A DNA stretch of 64,000 bases, from assembly GCA_965228695.1 (NCBI GenBank), contig CBDDIB010000002.1, forward strand, positions 304,192 through 368,191, read 5' to 3'. The stretch comes from Alphaproteobacteria bacterium. GTDB lineage: Bacteria > Pseudomonadota > Alphaproteobacteria > UBA8366. The first letter of the stretch is position 1. Every line of letters begins with the position of its first letter. Made by a program: the position numbers and the translations under genes. Below the pieces are notes generated by a model. The model worked only from the letters and a program-made list of their open reading frames with translations. It was not told the origin of the DNA and did not search any database. Below, one piece after another: positions 17,898 to 26,318 of this stretch.

Positions 17898-18686
17898 ATG
17901 GCCGACCCCAAAACCGTCATCGTGTCCGGCGGCACCTACGGCATCGGGCGGGGCATCGTGCTCGATCTCGCCCGGCGGGGATGGAATGTCGTGGCTTTCG
18001 GGCTGGACGGCAAGCAGCCGGGCAGCGCCGCCGATAACGGCATCGACGGTACGCGCGCAGCGCTGTCCGCCGAAGGCCTCAAGGCCGACGTGATCGAAGC
18101 CGACGTCGCCGAGGCCGGCGCGGTGGCCGGCGTGGTCGATCACGCGCTGTCCCTGCACGGCCGGATCGACGGCGCGGTCAACAACGCGGCGCTGCGGCCG
18201 AGCGGCACGGTGCTCGACACCGACGAGGCCACCTTCGACCGGGTCGTCGCGGTGAACCTCAAAGGGCAGTTCCTGTTGTGCAAGGCCGTGATCCCGCACA
18301 TGCGCGACGCCGGCGGCGGCGCGATCGTGAATATCGGGTCCGGCGCGGGATGGGGCAAACCGGGCATCGCCGCCTACTGCGCCAGCAAGGGCGGGGTCTT
18401 CGCGCTCAGCACCGCGCTTGCCTACGACCACTTGACGGACCGCGTCCGCGTCAATGTTGTGGTGCCGGGACCGCAAACCGCATCGGGCATGGTCGAGGCG
18501 ATGGCAAGCAGCGGCACCGGCAGCGGACCGCAGCCTGTCACCGCGACCGGCCGGCAGACCCAGCCGCAAGACATCGCCAACGCGGTCGCCTTTCTATTGT
18601 CGGACGAGGCCGCGCAGATTTCCGGAACCGTCGTCGACGTCGGCGCCTTCGCGCATCAAGGCGGCGTCGGCCAACCGCGGCGCTGA
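17898..18686 (+). CDS. SDR family oxidoreductase (candidate cis-dihydrodiol dehydrogenase)
   Basis: 262 aa with ACGGAG SD. Cofactor motif VSGGTYGIGRG, NNAA, catalytic YCASKGG. The dihydrodiol dehydrogenase role is inferred from position after the oxygenase subunits. Confidence 0.85.
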   Translation: MADPKTVIVSGGTYGIGRGIVLDLARRGWNVVAFGLDGKQPGSAADNGIDGTRAALSAEGLKADVIEADVAEAGAVAGVVDHALSLHGRIDGAVNNAALRPSGTVLDTDEATFDRVVAVNLKGQFLLCKAVIPHMRDAGGGAIVNIGSGAGWGKPGIAAYCASKGGVFALSTALAYDHLTDRVRVNVVVPGPQTASGMVEAMASSGTGSGPQPVTATGRQTQPQDIANAVAFLLSDEAAQISGTVVDVGAFAHQGGVGQPRR

Positions 18687-18799
18687 CCGAAAACTATTTT
18701 GCGCCGAACCCTACCGCCCTCGGAATAAATCGGTACAATTGTCACGTACCGGTAACGTCGTAATTGCATAATCCGGATGTCATAACAGGGAACAATTCA

Positions 18800-19843
18800 A
18801 TGAAATCGAAAATGATGTCGAAGTTCGGCATGAGTATCGCGGCGACCATGACGGCCGTCATGTTGAGCGCCGGCGGAGTCCAGGCCAAAACCGATCTGCT
18901 CGTCTATACGGCGGTGGAGGCGGACGAATTGAAGAAATTCAAGAAAGCGTTCGAAACCGATTATCCCGATGTGAATATCAAGTGGGTGCGTGACTCCACG
19001 GGCATCATCACGTCGAAGCTGCTCGCGGAAAAAGACAACCCGAAGGCGGACATCGTCTGGGGCGTTGCGGCGACAAGCCTGCTGCTGCTCAGCAAGCACA
19101 ATTATTTCCAGGGCTACGCGCCGAAAGGTGTCGAAAAACTCGACAAGAAATTTTACGACACCAAGAACAATCCGCCGCTCTGGGTCGGGCAGCGGGCCTG
19201 GATCGCATCGATCTGCTACAACACGGTGGAAGGCAAGAAGCACAATCTGCCCGTCCCCAACACCTGGGATGACCTGACGAAGCCCGTTTACAAAGGCCAC
19301 GTCATCATGCCGAACCCGAACTCGTCGGGCACCGGCTTCCTGGATGTCTCATCCTGGATTCAGTTGAAGGGCGAGAAGAAGGCGTGGTCCTACATGGATG
19401 CGCTGCATACCAACATCGCGCGCTATACGCATTCCGGCTCGAAGCCATGCAAGCTCGCCGCCAAAGGTGAAATCCCCATCGGCGTTTCCTTCGCCTATCG
19501 CGGCGCGAAATCCAAGAACAGCGGCGCACCGCTCGAGGTCGTGGCCCCGGCGGAAGGCGTCGGCTGGGATTTGGAAGCCTTCGGCATCGTGCGCAACACG
19601 AAGAACCTGAAAGCCGCGAAGGCATTGGCCGATTGGTCCGTAACCAAAAAAGCGAACAAAATCTACAACGAGGAATATGCGGTGGTTGCCATGCCGGGCG
19701 TTGCCAAGCCGGTGAAGAATTTCCCGCCGGGCATCGAAGGCAAGATGATCAAGAACGACTTCGACTGGGCAGCCGCCAACCGGATCCGCATCCTGGACGA
19801 ATGGCGCAAGCGCTACGACGGAAAGTCGGAACCGAAGAAGTAG
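18800..19843 (+). CDS. ABC transporter periplasmic substrate-binding protein (Fe3+/polyamine/2-aminoethylphosphonate-type, PhnS2-like)
   Basis: ATG 18800 gives the signal peptide MKSKMMSKFGMSIAATMTAVMLSAGGVQA. LVYTAVEADELKKFKKAFETDYPDVNIKWVRDSTG... is typical of this PBP2 family. Noticeably lower GC than its neighbours. Confidence 0.7.
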   Translation: MKSKMMSKFGMSIAATMTAVMLSAGGVQAKTDLLVYTAVEADELKKFKKAFETDYPDVNIKWVRDSTGIITSKLLAEKDNPKADIVWGVAATSLLLLSKHNYFQGYAPKGVEKLDKKFYDTKNNPPLWVGQRAWIASICYNTVEGKKHNLPVPNTWDDLTKPVYKGHVIMPNPNSSGTGFLDVSSWIQLKGEKKAWSYMDALHTNIARYTHSGSKPCKLAAKGEIPIGVSFAYRGAKSKNSGAPLEVVAPAEGVGWDLEAFGIVRNTKNLKAAKALADWSVTKKANKIYNEEYAVVAMPGVAKPVKNFPPGIEGKMIKNDFDWAAANRIRILDEWRKRYDGKSEPKK

Positions 19844-19868
19844 GGCCGGCTTTCGACGGAAGAATATT

Positions 19869-19904
19869 CGCCCCGGTCCCCGGATGGAGCCGGGGCGTCT
19901 TCTT
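19869..19904 (+). terminator. intrinsic terminator/attenuator hairpin after the binding-protein gene
   Basis: CGCCCCGG (19869..19876) pairs with CCGGGGCG (19890..19897) and is followed by TCTTCTT. Located between the SBP stop and the ATPase start, a common arrangement for excess SBP expression. Confidence 0.55.
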
Positions 19905-19954
19905 GGGCCGAACCTGCCGCGTTTCTGATACGGTAGCCGGGGAGGATCGGGCGC

Positions 19955-21055
19955 ATGGATGGTTCAGACGGTGGCGCATATCTGCGCATTCAACATCTGA
20001 CGAAGAAATTCGGCGATTTCGTCGCCTTGCAAGACGTCTCGCTCGATGTTCAGGAGGGCGAGTTCGTCTGCTTCCTCGGGCCGTCGGGCTGCGGCAAGAC
20101 AACGCTATTGCGGGCGATCGCCGGCCTCGATATCCAAACCTCCGGCACCATCCATCAAGCCGGCGTCGACATCTCCTCGCTGCCGCCCAGCGAACGCGAT
20201 TTCGGGATTGTTTTCCAATCCTATGCCTTGTTCCCGAATCTATCGGTGACCCGGAACATTTCATATGGCCTGGAGAACAAAAAGAAGTCCCGCGCGGAGA
20301 TCGATGCTCGGGTTTCCGAACTGATCGACCTCGTCGGTCTTGATGAACATCGCGACAAATACCCGGCGCAGCTCTCGGGCGGACAACAACAGCGCGTTGC
20401 CCTGGCGCGGGCGCTCGCTACATCGCCGGGACTGCTGCTGTTGGACGAACCGTTGTCGGCGCTGGACGCGAAGGTTCGCGTACATTTGCGCCACGAAATC
20501 AAACAATTGCAACACAAGATCGGCGTTACCACGATCATGGTGACGCACGACCAGGAAGAAGCCTTGGCGATGGCCGACCGGATCGTCGTGATGAACCAAG
20601 GCTTCATCGAGCAGACCAGCACGCCGACGGACGTTTACGCCCAGCCAACGTCACCTTTCGTCGCGGATTTCATCGGCACCACAAATTTCATCGACGGCGT
20701 GATGATCGAGGATGGCCGCATTTCGGTCGCCGGCGTCACGATCGACGCGAACCGCGACAGCAACGCCTTCGCGGCGGGCGACAAGGTGACGATCTGCGTC
20801 CGGCCCGAAGACGTGCTGGTGACCGAGACGGCGGACGGACAGACCGGCAGTTTCGAGGTCACGGTTTCGGATGTCGAATTCCTCGGATCCTTCCATCGCT
20901 GCCACCTCGTGCCGACCGGCGGCAACGGGGAATCATTCATGGCGGATCTTTCCGCCAACCGCGCGCGCAATCTGCAGCTCAAGGAAGGGCGGACGTTGAA
21001 CGTGCTGTTGCCGGCGGAATTCGTGCGCGTCTATGCCTCAGGTGAGACCGAGTGA
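19955..21055 (+). CDS. ABC transporter ATP-binding protein (PotA/FbpC/PhnT-like, with C-terminal TOBE-type domain)
   Basis: Walker A GPSGCGKTT, signature LSGGQQQRVALARAL, Walker B LLLLDEP, H-loop VTHD. 366 aa. Confidence 0.9.
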   Translation: MDGSDGGAYLRIQHLTKKFGDFVALQDVSLDVQEGEFVCFLGPSGCGKTTLLRAIAGLDIQTSGTIHQAGVDISSLPPSERDFGIVFQSYALFPNLSVTRNISYGLENKKKSRAEIDARVSELIDLVGLDEHRDKYPAQLSGGQQQRVALARALATSPGLLLLDEPLSALDAKVRVHLRHEIKQLQHKIGVTTIMVTHDQEEALAMADRIVVMNQGFIEQTSTPTDVYAQPTSPFVADFIGTTNFIDGVMIEDGRISVAGVTIDANRDSNAFAAGDKVTICVRPEDVLVTETADGQTGSFEVTVSDVEFLGSFHRCHLVPTGGNGESFMADLSANRARNLQLKEGRTLNVLLPAEFVRVYASGETE

Positions 21056-21062
21056 CCGCGGC

Positions 21063-22760
21063 ATGACCGACACAATCGCCACCGCGCCCGTCGTCAAACC
21101 GAAGGTCAGCAGCGAAGACTGGATTATGCGCGCGGTCCTGGTCGGGATCGCGCTCTATTTGTTCGTCTCGATCCTGCTGCCGCTCTACGCGATCCTATCC
21201 AAGAGTTTCAAGGACGCCGACGGGGCGTTCGTCGGCCTGTCCAACTACGCAAAATTCTTTTCGACGCCGGCCCTGTTCTGGTCGATCCAGAACAGCCTGA
21301 CGGTAACATTGCTCTCCTGTTTCATCGTCGTGCCGACCGCCTTCATCTACGCCTATGCGCTAACCCGCACCTGCATGCCGTTCAAGAGCGTTTTCAAGGG
21401 CGTGGCGCTGATCCCGATCCTGATGCCGTCGCTGCTGCCGGCGATCGCGCTGGTCTATCTCTTCGGGAACCAGGGGATCATCAAGTCCTGGCTGTTCGGC
21501 TACGATATCTACGGCCCAATCGGGATCGTGATGGGTGAGAGTTTCTACGTCTTTCCGCATGTCCTGACGATCCTGCTTATCTCGATGGCGAATTCGGACG
21601 CCCGGCTCTACGAAGCCTCGACCGCGCTCGGCGCGAGCAAGATCAAGACCTTCTTTACCGTCACGCTGCCGAGCGTCCGCTACGGCCTCGTATCCGCCTT
21701 CTTCGTCTGTTTCACCTTGGTGATCACGGACTTCGGCGTTCCGAAGGTTGTCGGCGGCAAGTACAACGTGCTGGCGACCGACATTTACAAACAGGTCGTC
21801 GGGCGGCAGGACTTCGAGATGGGCGCGGTGGTCAGCATGGTCCTTTTGTTGCCCGCCGTTTTGGCTTTCGCCGCAGACCGCGTTGTGCAGCGCAAACAGG
21901 TCGCCCTCCTGTCCGCCCGCGCCGTGCCGTTACAACCACGGCGCAACCCGGCGATCGACGGGTTGCTGTTCGCCTTCTGCGGATTGGTCGGATTCATTCT
22001 CATATCGATCTTGGGCGTCGCGGCCTTTGCCTCCTTCGCCAAGTTCTGGCCATATGACCTTACCCTCGTCCTGAATCACTATGATTTCGACCTCATGGAC
22101 GGCGGGGGCTGGGACTCGTATTTCAATTCCATCGAACTGGCCGCCTGGACCGCCGTGGTCGGCACGGCATTGGTGTTCACCGGCGCCTATCTGGTCGAGA
22201 AGAGCAACGGGTTCCTGGCGGGCCGCGCCGGCATGCAGCTTCTCTGCATGGTGCCGATGGCCGTGCCCGGGCTCGTGCTGGGCCTCGCCTATGTCTTCTT
22301 CTTCAACGCGCCCGGCAACCCGCTCGGCTTCCTGTATCACACGATGCCGATCCTGGTGATCTGCACGGTGACGCATTTCTATACCGTCGCGCACCTCACC
22401 GCGGTGACGGCGCTGAAGCAGATGGACGCCGAGTTCGAAAGCGTCTCGGCCTCGCTCAAAGTGCCGTTCTATCGCACCTTCATCCGCATCACCGTGCCGG
22501 TCTGTCTTCCCGCAATCCTGGACATCTCGATGTATCTGTTCGTCAACGCGATGACGACGGTGTCGGCGGTCGTGTTCCTGTATTCGCCGGACACGGCGCT
22601 CGCCTCGGTCGCGATTCTGAACATGGACGACGCCGGCGATATCGCCCCGGCCGCCGCAATGGGCATGATGATCGTCGCCACGGCCGCCGCGGTCCGGCTG
22701 CTGCACGCGATTCTGACGCGCGGAATTCTGGCCCGCACCCAGGCGTGGCGGCGGCGCTAG
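21063..22760 (+). CDS. fused two-domain ABC transporter permease
   Basis: About 565 aa with about 12 TM and two MalFG-type permease modules (EAS.ALGAS....FF.VTLP and ESVSASLKVP.YRTF..ITVP). Size and fusion match Fe3+/2-AEP-type permeases. Start could be 21033 or 21063. Confidence 0.82.
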   Translation: MTDTIATAPVVKPKVSSEDWIMRAVLVGIALYLFVSILLPLYAILSKSFKDADGAFVGLSNYAKFFSTPALFWSIQNSLTVTLLSCFIVVPTAFIYAYALTRTCMPFKSVFKGVALIPILMPSLLPAIALVYLFGNQGIIKSWLFGYDIYGPIGIVMGESFYVFPHVLTILLISMANSDARLYEASTALGASKIKTFFTVTLPSVRYGLVSAFFVCFTLVITDFGVPKVVGGKYNVLATDIYKQVVGRQDFEMGAVVSMVLLLPAVLAFAADRVVQRKQVALLSARAVPLQPRRNPAIDGLLFAFCGLVGFILISILGVAAFASFAKFWPYDLTLVLNHYDFDLMDGGGWDSYFNSIELAAWTAVVGTALVFTGAYLVEKSNGFLAGRAGMQLLCMVPMAVPGLVLGLAYVFFFNAPGNPLGFLYHTMPILVICTVTHFYTVAHLTAVTALKQMDAEFESVSASLKVPFYRTFIRITVPVCLPAILDISMYLFVNAMTTVSAVVFLYSPDTALASVAILNMDDAGDIAPAAAMGMMIVATAAAVRLLHAILTRGILARTQAWRRR

Positions 22761-22903
22761 CACGTTTCGGCCGGCGCGTTCCGGCGCGGCGGCACAAGCG
22801 CAACGGCCCGTGTCCCGCCACTCATATCTTCTTGTGAGGCCCAAACTCAGGACCTAGGCTGAGTGCCAATTAAAACTCGGTTTACGTGAGGGAACGCAGG
22901 CAC

Positions 22904-24085
22904 ATGCAACGATCCAGGCTCCCCGTAGGCGGCGCGAATGTCTTTCAACAAATTCGCCAGAAGCGAACCGACGCCTTGGCGCAAGGGTTGTCGCTGCTCG
23001 ATCTGTCGATCGGCGAGCCGAAAGGCGCGGCACTGCTGAGCGCGCGGCAGGCCGCCCAGGCCGCGGTGATGAGCGAGGACGAAGCCATGCACGCCTACCA
23101 ATACAACGAAAGCCCGGCGGTGCCCGATTTCTCCCGCCGTTTCGTCACCGCGCATCTGCGCCGCGATCTGTCGGAAGCCGACGTGGACTATGTCCCGATT
23201 CCGGGCATCAAGCCGATCCTCGGCCTTCTGCCGCTGGCCTGCGGTTGCGCGGAACAACCGGTCACCGTCGCCACGACGACCAAGCCCGGCTATCCCATTC
23301 CGGCGAATTGGTGCGACTACCACGTGCATGCGACGCATTACGCACTGCCGCTGAGTTCCGAGAACGGTTTCCGGTTCGGGACGGCGGACATCCGATCCGG
23401 CACCGATCTGATCATGACGAACTACCCGCATAATCCGTCCGGCCAGGTCGCCGCCGCCGACTGGCTGCGCGCGCTATGCCAATACTGCAGCGATCACGAT
23501 ATCCGGCTGTTCAACGATGCCGCCTATTTCGCGCTCGGCCACGATGACGACCGCGCGGCCCTCGCCGAAATCGCCGTGGACTTCCCGGACCTCTCCTGGT
23601 GCGAGGCCTATACCGCCGCGAAATTGATCGGCAACGGCACCGGCTGGCATGTGGGTGCGATGATCGGGTCGCCGGATTTCATCGCCGACGTGAAGGAGGT
23701 CAAGGGCAAGACCGATGCCGGCTTCGTCGCACCGATGGCCGCCGGCGCAATCGCCACGCTCGAGACCGACCAAGTGAATATCGACGCCATGCGCGAAACC
23801 TATCGATCCCGGCTGACGGTGCTGATGGACCTGATGAAGGCGTGCGGCATGCGGCTGGCGATCGAACCCAAGGCCGGATTTTACACGCTGTGGGAAACGC
23901 CGACCCAGGCCTTCGGCAAACCGGTGACGGATGCGGAAGCGTTCAATTTCGCCATGATCGAAACGGTCGGCGTGGTCGGCGTGCACTTCCCCGGCTATGT
24001 GCGCTACGCGGTTTGCGCCGACGTCGCTGATATGGCTGAAGATTTGCGCGCCGCTTTCGAGAAGGCCAAGGTCTCATACGGTTAG
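22904..24085 (+). CDS. class I/II PLP-dependent aminotransferase (atypical lysine motif)
   Basis: LSIGEPK near the N-terminus, NYPHNPSG, DAAY, and a candidate PLP-lysine segment YTAAKLIGNGTGWHVG in place of the usual SFSK..MTGWR.G. Start taken at ATG 22904. Confidence 0.78.
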   Translation: MQRSRLPVGGANVFQQIRQKRTDALAQGLSLLDLSIGEPKGAALLSARQAAQAAVMSEDEAMHAYQYNESPAVPDFSRRFVTAHLRRDLSEADVDYVPIPGIKPILGLLPLACGCAEQPVTVATTTKPGYPIPANWCDYHVHATHYALPLSSENGFRFGTADIRSGTDLIMTNYPHNPSGQVAAADWLRALCQYCSDHDIRLFNDAAYFALGHDDDRAALAEIAVDFPDLSWCEAYTAAKLIGNGTGWHVGAMIGSPDFIADVKEVKGKTDAGFVAPMAAGAIATLETDQVNIDAMRETYRSRLTVLMDLMKACGMRLAIEPKAGFYTLWETPTQAFGKPVTDAEAFNFAMIETVGVVGVHFPGYVRYAVCADVADMAEDLRAAFEKAKVSYG

Positions 24086-24221
24086 CAAGCACACTCAATT
24101 TGGTTTTCGAGGCCTTTGAGGCGATCCACGCCAGGCCGGTCCGACGCCTTATATTTACTTTCTGGTCACATATTTCCCGATAAACTCGAATTCTGCGAAA
24201 TTTTCGGGACATGCGGGCACA

Positions 24222-24713
24222 ATGTCCTATGCGCTTGTGACGTTAGAGAACATCCCAACGGACCATCCGGTTCGCCAATTCAACACGTATTGGCAAGCGA
24301 ACCGGGGAGCGAACGGCTGCCTGGAGCGACGGAATTTCGATCCGCTCGCCGTGCACAAAATCATGCCATTCATCATGATCCTCCAGGCGGAAGCGACGGA
24401 TGACGGCATGGATTTTCATTACCGGCTATGCGGCACCGGGTGCGTCGACCTGTTCGGTATCGACTATACGGGCAAGATGCTTGGCGATGATTTACCGCCG
24501 GAGGCGACGAAAACCCGGCGCGAAGAATTCGCCACCGTCATGGCGTCGAAGCAGCCGGTCTTTTCGACCACGCAGCTCCCGATCGAGGACCGCGATTTCA
24601 TCGCCGTCTATCGCGGCGTCTTCCCGGTCTGTTCGCGGTCGGAGACCGTCGATCAGATTTTCGTCGTGTTCGGCACGCACGATCAGGCCGTATCGCGGAC
24701 TACGGCGGCATGA
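24222..24713 (+). CDS. PAS_5 (DUF1457-type) single-domain PAS protein
   Basis: 163 aa. YW...RG......R.FDP..V.KIMPFIMIL......DFHYRLCGTG..DLFG.DYTGK matches the small alphaproteobacterial PAS_5 family pattern. Confidence 0.65.
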   Translation: MSYALVTLENIPTDHPVRQFNTYWQANRGANGCLERRNFDPLAVHKIMPFIMILQAEATDDGMDFHYRLCGTGCVDLFGIDYTGKMLGDDLPPEATKTRREEFATVMASKQPVFSTTQLPIEDRDFIAVYRGVFPVCSRSETVDQIFVVFGTHDQAVSRTTAA

Positions 24714-26175
24714 CGATCACGCCCAGCCGTAGGCGATGCCGCTCCGCGTGCAGCATGACCGCGCTGACATAGGTCGGCGCCTGGCCGCTGGCCGGCTTGC
24801 CGGAAAACTTCGTGTACAGCGCCGCCACCTTGCCCGGCATCGGATCGCCCCGCGTCGCATCCCACACCAGCAGCGATTGGCCGGACGCCGGCAGCTCGAA
24901 ATTCGGATACTCCGGCGTGATCACGACGGAGTCCGGAAACTGCAGCCGCATGTTGCCGCCCAGCAGATTGAAGGCGGCGAAAATACGCCCGTTTCGGAAC
25001 CCGGCCTTGCGGATTTCCTCCGACAGCGCGGCATACGGCCCGTTCAGCGGATTCGGGCGGTCGAATGACGGTCCGGCAACCGTCCGTAAAACAATCAGCG
25101 CGACAACCGCAACCGCGCAAAGCCCGGTGACCGCGAAGATCGCCCCGACCCGCCACGACGCCAGCCGCGGATAGGCCCACAGGGCCGCGACAATCGGCGC
25201 TAAATACAAAAGGGGCTGCAACCAGCGGTCCTTTATCTGGGTCACTTCGAACGCAATGATCAGGACGACGCAGATCGCCAAGGCGATTCCGAGGGACCGC
25301 ATCAACACCCCGACAAACTGCGCCGCCGTCGCCGGCAATGGACGGCCCGGCGCCGACCGCACGAGCGCAATGCCGTAAACCGCGATAAGCAAGGCGAGAA
25401 AGATGCCGGTGCCCCAGGCCAATCCCCACACGCCCGAGACATAGTTCATGATTACACTGTCGGTCTGGGTCATGGTGAGTTTGTGCGCCCGCGACAGGGT
25501 GGCGTCGCGGTTCGTGATCAACCACACGGCGGGCTGCCACAACAGGGCGGCCGCCACCGCCGGCGCGATCAGAAAGCGCGGCGCCGCGACCGCCGCCCGG
25601 AACGCCGGCATCGTCAATGCCGCGAGCAGAATGGCAATGGCGACGATCGGAAAATTGAACTTCGCCAGGCATCCGACCGCGAAGCCGAATCCCAACAGCG
25701 CATAGTCGATGGCCCTTCCCTGCTGCAGGACCCGCACGAAGGCGTAGGTGAAAAGGGCGGACCCGAAGACGGCGAGGATCGAATGGGTCAAGGCGCGCTG
25801 CGATTCCCATGCGAGTTCCGGCAACAGCAGTAGCGAAGCCGACGCCAGCGCGGCGACGACCGAATCCTGCGCCATGCGCCGCACGGCGGCAAAAGTCAAA
25901 AGATAGCTGCCCGCCAACAGCAGATTCTTCAGCAGCGCCAGGGCGAGAACGCCTTCCCCGAACACCCGGAACATAATGATCGACAGCCAGGTGTAGAGCG
26001 GCGGCTGCGATCCGTATCCCCAGGCCCATTCCTGGGCAAGCAGCACCTGCTCCGCTTCGTCCTTCCCCAGGCTTGGCGAGATGAACACGCGCACGGCGAC
26101 CTGCACCGCGAAATACCCGCAGATGAGGAATGGCATGGTCGCGGCGAGCCGATCGAGAGAACTGGGTCGCGTCAT
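24700..26175 (-). CDS. ArnT-like glycosyltransferase family 39 membrane protein (paralog A)
   Basis: About 490 aa polytopic protein. N-terminal loop motif GKDEAEQVLLAQEWAWGYGSQPPLYTWL is characteristic of the ArnT/PMT (GT39, GT-C) family. Start taken at ATG 26175. Confidence 0.75.
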   Translation of the reverse strand: MTRPSSLDRLAATMPFLICGYFAVQVAVRVFISPSLGKDEAEQVLLAQEWAWGYGSQPPLYTWLSIIMFRVFGEGVLALALLKNLLLAGSYLLTFAAVRRMAQDSVVAALASASLLLLPELAWESQRALTHSILAVFGSALFTYAFVRVLQQGRAIDYALLGFGFAVGCLAKFNFPIVAIAILLAALTMPAFRAAVAAPRFLIAPAVAAALLWQPAVWLITNRDATLSRAHKLTMTQTDSVIMNYVSGVWGLAWGTGIFLALLIAVYGIALVRSAPGRPLPATAAQFVGVLMRSLGIALAICVVLIIAFEVTQIKDRWLQPLLYLAPIVAALWAYPRLASWRVGAIFAVTGLCAVAVVALIVLRTVAGPSFDRPNPLNGPYAALSEEIRKAGFRNGRIFAAFNLLGGNMRLQFPDSVVITPEYPNFELPASGQSLLVWDATRGDPMPGKVAALYTKFSGKPASGQAPTYVSAVMLHAERHRLRLGVIVMPP

Positions 26176-26318
26176 GGCCGCTATCCTAGGGTAACCGATG
26201 CGGGGGGTCTGGCCGTACGCCCGGCACCGCCCCAAATTCGGTGCCGCGGGCCCTTTGAATGCCAATGCGCCGCGATGCGGTCAAGCCGCGACTGGAGCGG
26301 AACCGGCCCGGAAGTCCG

